Assembly (NCBI GenBank): GCA_023231475.1
Contig: JALJEE010000646.1
Location: forward strand, 1-62,812
Direction of reading: 5' to 3'
DNA: 62,812 bases
Source of the DNA: Seison nebaliae
Taxonomy: Eukaryota
The first letter of the stretch is position 1. Each line of letters begins with the position of its first letter. Shown here one piece after another: positions 54,432-62,812 of this stretch. The position numbers were made by a program, and so were the translations under genes. Below the pieces are notes generated by a model. That model searched no databases. It was not told where the DNA came from and saw nothing but the letters and a program-made list of their open reading frames with translations.

Positions 54432-57398
54432 ATGGAACAATCACATCAAATTAAAATGAGAATTACATCAAATTTTAATGAGCAGAAGTTCATCATTCCA
54501 GTTCTCAACAATTCTTGCAACATTCGATGGTTAAGTCAAGAAACATATCGACGATTCTGTAAATTAAATGTTTTCTATTTTTTTTTCAAAATCCAATTTT
54601 TTATTTTCAAATTTATTCAGAAACAAGATCTTCCAAATAATGACCATCAATCGTTGATCGCTTTTATGAAGAATGATTGTCTTCTCGATGCTGATGATGT
54701 AATCGTCAACGTTCTTCAAGACATGGATGAAATTTATGTTTTAGATCCAAATCGTCATGAGAAATGGAGAATAGAAAACGATCATCATTCATCGTCGTTG
54801 AAACGATTATTAAATTCGAGAAAACATGTCATCGATGGAACTTCTCATCGTTTTTCCCGAGAGTTAAGAGGCTCCTCCGGTTATTCGTCGTCATCAGGTC
54901 GATTGAAGCAGAGAGTGAAATCTCCATCATCTGCCGCTTCATCATCATCTCCCCGATCGATTTATGATTTGGAGGAATCAGTTTCTGATCATTATTGGTT
55001 GTTATTAGATGAGAAGAATGGGAAATCATCAGGTGATGGTAATCCGGCGAAATATCGAGAATTGATGATTCGAATTCCGTCAGTTGAATGGAGAAATCAT
55101 GAGCAATTAGGTATTCGAGTACAACCGAAATCGTTAATGAAATTCCGATCAGAAATTAGATTAAATGGTTTGTTAGTAAAGAGTATTGAGGAGGGATCAT
55201 TTATGACGGAATGGTTGAGAGTTGATGATGTTATTTTAGAAATTAATTCGATTAGTCTCCAAAATATGGAATTTGATGAATCACTCAAATTATTCAATCA
55301 AATCAAATCCACTACAAGAGATCCATTAAGTTTAACGATTCTTCGAAAGAAATTTATTCGATCAGATGACGATACTATTTATTCCATCAACAATATTCAA
55401 TCTTCCATCAATGCACTCTCTACCACTTCATCCAATAAATGTCATATGATCAGTATCGATTTAATTAAAGGACCACAAGGTCTAGGATTGAAATTAGCGA
55501 GTCGTGAAACAGTTTCCAATCTCACCAATTATCATCCTTCACACCGTCAATCACCGTTATTTATTAAAGCAATTCTACCAATCGGTGCAGCGGTAGTTGA
55601 TGGTCGATTACGTTGTGGAGATCGTTTGATAAATGTAAATCATGTGAATGTAACGAATATGACATTACCATCCGTCGTGCAATTACTTCATGGAATTTCT
55701 TTAGGTTCCGTCGTTAATTTGAAAGTTCTCCGTCTCACTCCTTCATCAAATACGAATAATTATAATAATATAAATGTATCAAATGAAACGAAAGGACGAA
55801 CACCGATAATTCGTAGTGAAATCGACGAGAATGATATGGAACGAACATTCCTCACATTGAACATTCCATTCAATTCCACTTGTTCTGCCGGTTTAGGCAT
55901 GAAAATTATGGGACGTACACAACAACGTTATGACGGTGTACGAGTCGATCTCGGTCTTTTTATACGATTCATTATGAAAGGAGGTGCTGCTGATCGTGAC
56001 GGTCGATTGAAGAAACAAGATCAAATTATCAACATTAATGGAGTGTCGTTACTCAGTCGAAATAATGAACAAGCTTACGAATTATTACGAGAAGCAATCG
56101 CTCATCCAATAAGAGAGGAATATGCACAATTAGTAATTGCTAGACAGAAACGTGATAAGAAACGATCGAATTATTCACTTTTAGCACCATACACTCTCCA
56201 TACGCCATTTATTTCTGCACCTTTATCTGATAATGATATGAATGATTCAGATAATGAAATTAGTCGAATTCCAATAATACATAGTCGTGACAATAGTCAT
56301 AACGAGGATCAATATATCGATATGTCAGTCACGAATAAAATGAAGAAATCATTAACTTTTCATCATTCGTCATTGGATTATCGACGACCGTCAGATGAAG
56401 AGAAATCGAATTTTAAAAGAAATGCAGCAGAAAGACAAAGTATTTCGGAGAAACGTTTTCAATTAAAAGAAACGAATAGACGAGATAGACGACAAAACAT
56501 TTCAAAATATCAAAGTCGATCCATGTCTCAAGATAGTTATTATACGGAAAATAATCGATCGATTAATGAGAAAAAATATGACGAAAGAATTTCTGGAGCA
56601 GAAATTGATGTTGATTGTGGGAAAGTGGTTGATTTGAAAACATTTAATTCCTCTCAAAAATTCACTTTGAGAAGACCGTCATTGGGAACGATCAGATCAG
56701 AATCATGTAATAGTATTCTGGAACAGAAAGAAAGTTCCAATGAAGAATTACCGACAATTCATCGTTCCAGAGACGATAAACATAAATATGTTCGATTACC
56801 AGAATTGAGTAATTCATATGATTCCAATCTCGCCTCTCATCTTTATAAGAAGAAGGATCTCTCTTATCATTTGCCAAATGATGATGATATCACTACTGAT
56901 AATTCACAATCATCAAATGAAAAAAAATCGAAATTGAAAAAATTGAAAAATTTCTTAAAATTCAAAAGTGAAAAAATATTTATGAAGGAAAATCTTTCTG
57001 CACTCGATACTAATAACAATTCCGAATTCTCCAATAAAAACAACAATAACAATAATAATCATGAAATATTGATAGCGACGAATGGTGATACCATACGAAA
57101 ACGAACGATTTCTTTAGGTAGAAATGGAAATACACAAAAATTAAATAATCAAAAAATGAAGAATTCAGATGAAACGTTTATACGAAATAATTATATTCAA
57201 GTCTTCCCTCAGAGAATCGTCGACGATTCAGATAATGAGAAGGAAACAAATAAAAATTTCCAATTTTCTAACACATTCTATCGAACATCTACCACAGATG
57301 ACAGCACTGATAAAAGTTCAAATAAATCATTTGTAAGAAATTCGAATGATTCATTCACCAGAAAACATATTCATTATTTAACGGATGAACTAGTTTGA
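54432..57398 (+). CDS. PARD3: Partitioning-defective 3 (Par-3/Bazooka); one 51-nt intron at 54570-54620
   Basis: N-terminal oligomerisation domain (MRITSNFNEQKFIIPV...TYRRFCK...LLDADDVIVNVLQDMD); three PDZ domains (IDLIKGPQGLGL...FIKAILPIGAAVVDGRLRCGDRL; SAGLGMKIMG...DLGLFIRFIMKGGAADRDGRLKKQDQ); aPKC-site-like FKRNAAERQSISEKR; basic-hydrophobic KKSKLKKLKNFLKF motif. Confidence 0.92.
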   Translation: MEQSHQIKMRITSNFNEQKFIIPVLNNSCNIRWLSQETYRRFCKLNVFYFFFKIQFFIFKFIQKQDLPNNDHQSLIAFMKNDCLLDADDVIVNVLQDMDEIYVLDPNRHEKWRIENDHHSSSLKRLLNSRKHVIDGTSHRFSRELRGSSGYSSSSGRLKQRVKSPSSAASSSSPRSIYDLEESVSDHYWLLLDEKNGKSSGDGNPAKYRELMIRIPSVEWRNHEQLGIRVQPKSLMKFRSEIRLNGLLVKSIEEGSFMTEWLRVDDVILEINSISLQNMEFDESLKLFNQIKSTTRDPLSLTILRKKFIRSDDDTIYSINNIQSSINALSTTSSNKCHMISIDLIKGPQGLGLKLASRETVSNLTNYHPSHRQSPLFIKAILPIGAAVVDGRLRCGDRLINVNHVNVTNMTLPSVVQLLHGISLGSVVNLKVLRLTPSSNTNNYNNINVSNETKGRTPIIRSEIDENDMERTFLTLNIPFNSTCSAGLGMKIMGRTQQRYDGVRVDLGLFIRFIMKGGAADRDGRLKKQDQIININGVSLLSRNNEQAYELLREAIAHPIREEYAQLVIARQKRDKKRSNYSLLAPYTLHTPFISAPLSDNDMNDSDNEISRIPIIHSRDNSHNEDQYIDMSVTNKMKKSLTFHHSSLDYRRPSDEEKSNFKRNAAERQSISEKRFQLKETNRRDRRQNISKYQSRSMSQDSYYTENNRSINEKKYDERISGAEIDVDCGKVVDLKTFNSSQKFTLRRPSLGTIRSESCNSILEQKESSNEELPTIHRSRDDKHKYVRLPELSNSYDSNLASHLYKKKDLSYHLPNDDDITTDNSQSSNEKKSKLKKLKNFLKFKSEKIFMKENLSALDTNNNSEFSNKNNNNNNNHEILIATNGDTIRKRTISLGRNGNTQKLNNQKMKNSDETFIRNNYIQVFPQRIVDDSDNEKETNKNFQFSNTFYRTSTTDDSTDKSSNKSFVRNSNDSFTRKHIHYLTDELV

Positions 57399-57489
57399 TT
57401 ATTTCTTCCAAATTTCTTCATTCATTTTAAACTCTTCATTTTAGAATTGTAATACTATTCGACGTATTCCACAATTGAGATTAACCGAT

Positions 57490-57519
<30 letters not shown>
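57490..57519. repeat. (CAA)10 microsatellite in the Par-3 3' region
   Basis: Direct inspection. Confidence 0.9.
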
Positions 57520-57520
<1 letters not shown>

Positions 57521-59605
57521 CATTCTCCCCATCATTACAACAATCAATGTGAAATGTAAATTTTTCATACTTCTTCCTCTCAATCAAACCTCAAACTGAT
57601 AACTCATATTTTTATTAAATTTTTTCATTTTGGCAATCGATTCCATCTTTTTCTGATTCTACCTGTTTCTTTACAATTATATATTATGTCTATTCCTCTT
57701 TTCATTCTAAACCATATTTTATAACTTTCCATGATGGTTGTGAATAAAAATGATATTTAATATAACATTACAATGAAATATTGTTAGAATTACGATATTC
57801 TTATTCAATTTGACATATGATCATGATTAAGATCATCAAATTTCATGAGAGCATTCCATCTTTATTTCTGATATCAAAACGTCTATTGGAAAAAACTTTT
57901 GAATTCTGTAACAAGTTAAAATATTCTGATTTTCTTACAATTATTTCCGTAGCCATCATGATAAATTTAAGAGAATAAGTTGGATTTAAGTTCGATAGAT
58001 TAAAATTTGGGGAATTTGCATGACATCTCGAAATCGAAATACGAATATTAATATAACGAACTTTTTGATTAAAATTTACAAAATAATTATTAACAACGTG
58101 CTCCAATGAAAAAACTATTAAAAAAAAGGTGAGAACTCACAAGAAGAATTGTCAGAAAATTTTGTTTTACAAAATTATAAGACGATTAGAAGAATTTGAC
58201 CTCGAATAATGTCGAATAATAAATTTTAAAGAAATATAGCCATTAATAATTATTGACTATTCTATCGATAAAATTACTAGTGATTTTATTTGAACACTTT
58301 TATTTTTTAAATGTTCTAATTTCAAATGTGTATGGAAATGATAAATGATGAATGACAATAACAACCAAGTAAATTTTAAAGTAAATGATCAAAAGGAAAT
58401 TAAACTAAAAAAAATTAGTTTATCTTAAAGACACATTTATAGTTTATGTATTCTGTGTGTAGTAATCTTTTGACGTACTGGATCATATATCATAATGTAC
58501 TTCCAATATATTCACCCGAAAATTGTTAATTGAACTGTTTTGTCAGAATATGAACAGGAGTATTTCCATTTTCTTTCCATAGAAAATAAAAACTCCAGTT
58601 TTCTATTTTCGTCTATGGTAATTCCATATCTCCCACGACTTTTAGGGGTGGAAATGAGACTGATTCCTTCTCATTATCGTTCGTCGAATAATGGACGATT
58701 CCATAAAATGAAATATTTATTCCAAACTGATTTCATATGTAGACGGTTAAAATACGTCATATATTCATATATTGTTAACTAAATATTAGTCGTTGCTATG
58801 CAACTATTATTCCGTTTGGATATTCGAAATCTAATCGAATTTAATAATGGTGAGTTCAAAAGTTTAAATTTGAAAACAATTGTATTCTTTCAAAAACTTA
58901 AGCTCATTATATTCCTTTTTCCAGAAATTGGCTCCTTATAATTGTACTGGGAAATCTAATGCAAATTATAAATGCACAATCGTAATTCATTTAAATCAAC
59001 GATATATACGCATTGAAATATCATAAAGTATAAATTATTTCCAAATCTTCTTGTACTGTATTACAATCATTTTACGTGAAAATTGATTACCAGATGAATA
59101 TCTCCAACAGAAGGATATAATACAATATCTTTCTATTACAACTTGTAATAGATATCTATAAAATTATTTGTTAATACATGCGAAAAACTGGGATACATTA
59201 TAGTTGTACATTATTTATATTTTTTGAACGAAATGACATCTTGAGAATGATAGTTGTGAATTACTGATATTTCTGCCATTTTTAGTTAAATAAATAAATG
59301 TTTGAACGAAATGGTGGAAATGTTTAAATGTAAATATATATAATGATATATATTGTAAATAAGAAGTTTGTCTATTTAAATTTGGACGAAATAATGAAAA
59401 TTGAATAATTTGTAGTATATACGTTTATTAAATAAATAAACATAGAGTTTTACATAAATGCTTAAAAAAAGAGTTAGAGGGAAAAAGAATTATTAGAATT
59501 AGTTAGAGCAAATGAATATCAGTTTATTGAATATTTACATTAATTCTCTGAAATCGTTTAATTACCACAGTGAAATGATCCAATTTATTATTTTCGTCTT
59601 TCATA

Positions 59606-61045
59606 ATGACAACTACAGTTAACGATAGTTCCTCGATAGACATCAAATTAACAAATGAAAGTTCTAAAGAAGAGCTTGAATATGATAAAGATGGTTTCTA
59701 TATCACTATTGGGAAAATACATGTTCCCCCAGAACATTCAACAAGCACAAACTCTAAAGTAGAGGAAGAAAGAAAGAATATTATCGCTCAAATAAATTCT
59801 ACACGTCCAAAGAATGCGCCGTCTATTACACATCGATTCTTTGTGGAGGAACACACCACAAATAATCATCCAATTCCATCCGTTCCAAAGGAACATATTG
59901 TGACAATAAATAAAATTATCGATAAATTGTTAGTCAAAGGCATTATTGAACCAAGTGAAAATTCTCACGGTTTCCCAATCACCATACATTCTGATGATGA
60001 AGGAAATTTAAGATTTTCCGTTAATTACAAAGAATTGAACGATTTTATTGAAGAAGAATTCTTAATACCATCATTAACAATCGGAGATGTCATATGCCAA
60101 TTATATAATAAAAAATTTTTTTCAGAAATTATGGTGAATGCATACTATAAAATACCGATTGATGAAACAGATAGAAAGAAAACAACATTTGAAACTCATC
60201 GTGGAATGTATCAATTTGTAGGAATTCCTTATGGTTTACGTGGAACAGCTGCCACTATATGGACTTACGTAAGTACTCTCTTAGAAAAGTTTTTGGGCAC
60301 AATGTGTTTTGTAGGTCCTAATAGTATCTTAGTTTATAGTAGATATGTCCAAAATCATAAGAAGGATTTGACTACTATTTTAAGGACATTAAATGAAAAT
60401 GGTCTAACAATTAATTTGGAAGAATCTAAATTTTTCCAAACAAAATTACTATTTATGGATCATATGATTGGGAGAGATGGATTTAAACCGGACTCCGAAA
60501 AAATTTCTTCGATTCAACTTCCGAAACATCCACTAGAAATGAAATATTTTATAAAATTTGCTGGGATTTATCGTAGATTCATTCAAGATTATGAATCATT
60601 CATGACCGTACCAACTGGTAGAAATAATTCCAAACCACGAAGTACAATTAAATGTTTTGATCATTTGAAAAATGAACTTATGAACGCACCAAAATTATTT
60701 TATCCTCATCCTTATCGGTATTTTGTTCTACAAACGTACATTAAAGAACGGACTGTCAAGGCTATTTTACATCAAGAAGATGAAAAAGGAAGACAATATC
60801 TAATTGAATTTTCAGGTAGACATTACAAACCTAAAGAAATTCATTATGAACAACTTCAGATGGCGATCGTGGCCGCAATTTATGGCATCGAAAAACACAG
60901 GAAATATTTGAAAGACAATATTTTTTGCTTGTTATTTAACACTAATGCTTTGAATTGGATTGAAGCAGCAAAAGATAACCCAATTAGTAATCAGTGGAAA
61001 ACTCTGAGTAATCAATTTAGTTTTGAAATGAAACACGCAAGTTGA
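59606..61045 (+). CDS. Ty3/gypsy-derived reverse transcriptase-RNase H-like protein; intact 479-aa ORF with catalytic carboxylates substituted
   Basis: Gypsy RT framework: LLVKGIIEPS, GNLRFSVNYKELN, DRKKTTFETHRGMYQFVGIPYGLRG, GLTINLEESKFFQTKLLFMDHMI; RNase H framework FVLQT...AILHQ...IEFSGR...RKYL..NIFCL. YxDD reads GPNS, motif A reads FSEIMV, TDAS reads TYIK, TDH reads FNT. AATAAA directly follows the stop (61046-61051). No gag, protease, integrase or LTR seen. Confidence 0.85.
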   Translation: MTTTVNDSSSIDIKLTNESSKEELEYDKDGFYITIGKIHVPPEHSTSTNSKVEEERKNIIAQINSTRPKNAPSITHRFFVEEHTTNNHPIPSVPKEHIVTINKIIDKLLVKGIIEPSENSHGFPITIHSDDEGNLRFSVNYKELNDFIEEEFLIPSLTIGDVICQLYNKKFFSEIMVNAYYKIPIDETDRKKTTFETHRGMYQFVGIPYGLRGTAATIWTYVSTLLEKFLGTMCFVGPNSILVYSRYVQNHKKDLTTILRTLNENGLTINLEESKFFQTKLLFMDHMIGRDGFKPDSEKISSIQLPKHPLEMKYFIKFAGIYRRFIQDYESFMTVPTGRNNSKPRSTIKCFDHLKNELMNAPKLFYPHPYRYFVLQTYIKERTVKAILHQEDEKGRQYLIEFSGRHYKPKEIHYEQLQMAIVAAIYGIEKHRKYLKDNIFCLLFNTNALNWIEAAKDNPISNQWKTLSNQFSFEMKHAS

Positions 61046-61537
61046 AATAAACCTATCTAAATTATAAAAATTTTCTAATTTAAAGTTATTCTAGTAAATT
61101 ATTTATCAAAAGTTTTACAACATATCAGTAATATGAGTGTTATTTCTTAAAAAGCACAAAGCTCTTGAACTTTTCAATTTTATTGACAAAAAATTAAATT
61201 ATTGTTATTGATATTGATTAATTATTAATTATTAATTACTATAACACAATTATTATTAATATACTATAATATAGTATATATATTATTATAGTATATTTAT
61301 TATAATATAGTAACTATATTATAATATATCCGTATAATGGTTTTAAAATTGTATTAACAATATTTTAAAGCTAAAGTTTTAAAAAAAAGTTATTTCTAAT
61401 TCTACTCATAAATCCATCAAAAAGTGAAATGAGAAATGCAAGACAAGATCAGTATACCTTCCTTAAACATTTGTCTTATTTTTAACAAAATCATGATTCT
61501 TCGTCAGTTTTCAACATCTATCAGTTTTTTATTTGCT

Positions 61538-61630
61538 CATTCGTTTTTGTATCTTTATATCTTTACACATTCATTTTTGTATCTTTATATCTTTACACAT
61601 TCATTTTTGTATTTTTATATCTTTACTCAT
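61538..61630. repeat. 30-bp tandem repeat x3 (cattcatttttgtatctttatatctttaca)
   Basis: Three near-identical adjacent copies, directly visible. Confidence 0.9.
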
Positions 61631-61899
61631 TTGTAAATCATCTCATATCTTCTATTTAAAATTTTTTCTTCTTTCGTTTTGTTAGAGAGGGTTAACTAAA
61701 CTATAGGTTAACTATCGGAGAAAGTACTCTTCCGCGAAAGTTAATTATTTTTGCGCTCGAGCTCAAGATAAGAACTGCAAATCATATATCACTTTAAACG
61801 GCACTGAAATATATCTAAATACTATATGTAGATATGAGATAGTTATCGCTCCACTGATTTATAACGGAACTGTCCAAAAATATCGAACAACTTAATCAA

Positions 61900-62812
61900 T
61901 TAAAAAAATTGAGAGAAAACGCTTTTGATCCTGGAGTTTCGCAAGAAATGTCGAACAATCGTCGAGTAAGTTCAGGAATTCGTAACATACGCCGATATCG
62001 ACGTAAGAAGAGAATGGAAAGTTTATATGAACATGTAATTAAAAGAAGATTTTTTTTCAATCTATTATTTTCATGAAATTGAAGAAGCACATTTACAAAG
62101 AAAGCATTTCTTTGTTGGTGGAACTTTTAAAAAATGTCCCGACAATTATCATCAATTATATGTTGTAGGAGTGTTGTTAGGTGATGGTCTAATAACTCCC
62201 TTTATCAGTTTAATGAAAAATAGACAGAAAGCAACATATATTCGAATCTTGAACATTTTAATTGATAAATTTCATATCAATCCTTTTTCATTTTCACTCG
62301 ATTATGAAATTGGAGCAATTGCAGCAATAAACGAGGTTTTCCCGAATACTGAAGTTCATGGCTGTTTCTTTCACCTCTGCCAAACTATCGTCAGGAAGGT
62401 GAATAATATGGATTTCCGTGGACTTTATTATTCGAACAAAGATTTTAAAAGTGAAATACGTTCGTTGATGAACTTATCGTTCGTTCCTCTTGAAGATGTG
62501 AAATATGCATTTTATTATCTGAAGTCTGAAATCTCAGAAGAGGCCAAAATAGTTTACGATTATTTTGAAGAGACCGAAGTTGTGGAACAACTATAGTAGA
62601 ATATTGAATAATCTTCCTCGAACCAACAACTTATGTTAGTCGAAGGCAAAAATAACGGTCTAAAGTACATAATTCCGTTAGATAGACCTTCGATACCAAT
62701 TTTTGAAAATTCTCTTATTAAATGTTTCGATTATGAAAAACTTCAATACAATCTATTCCTAAAGGACGAAAAAAAACGAAGAAAAAAATTCGATATTAAA
62801 AAGGATGAGTTG
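61900..62812 (+). mobile_element. Decayed MULE (Mutator-like) DDE transposase remnant
   Basis: FFVGGTFKKCPDNYHQLY (DGTF mutated to GGTF at 62117), LDYEIGAIAAINEVFP..VHGCFFHLCQ and LSFVP...YDYFEET, then a frameshift to LWNNYSRILNNLPRTNNLC* with a stop where the catalytic E should be. Element boundaries are approximate. Confidence 0.88.

Noticed and set aside
59606..61045. Active LTR retrotransposon
   Set aside because: No gag, protease, integrase, LTRs or PBS seen, and the catalytic residues are absent.
61538..61630. 30-bp repeats as a CRISPR array
   Set aside because: The copies are directly adjacent with no spacers, the context is eukaryotic and there are no cas genes.
1..62812. tRNA, rRNA, snRNA or spliced-leader RNA genes
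   Set aside because: None recognised by eye. A covariance-model scan is needed to exclude them, particularly a variant U1.

Overview
AT-rich eukaryotic (metazoan) genomic DNA with a compact gene structure; almost all introns are only ~38-92 nt. The ORF track fragments most genes, so I rebuilt spliced models by hand. Left to right: a probable CACTA-like transposase remnant; an intronless divergent USP-type deubiquitinase-like gene (-); a CEP164-N-terminus-like multi-exon gene (+); a Na+/K+-ATPase beta subunit (-) with an extra GPI-signal-like tail; a METTL23-like methyltransferase (-); a four-homeodomain ZFHX/zfh2 gene (-) with only one visible zinc finger; a ~23 kb non-coding desert; two RFX X-boxes ahead of a complete DNAH5/8-class axonemal dynein heavy chain (+, 15 exons); NDFIP (-) head-to-head with Par-3 (+); an intact but catalytically dead Ty3/gypsy RT-RNase H ORF; and a decayed MULE transposase. 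The three strongest leads are: (1) 25 of 27 well-supported introns start GTT and none starts GTAAG, suggesting altered 5' splice-site recognition; (2) the possibly domesticated RT-RNase H pseudo-enzyme; (3) the possibly double-anchored Na/K-ATPase beta-like protein. All family calls come from motif recognition by eye, with no database search, and the species cannot be determined from this window.
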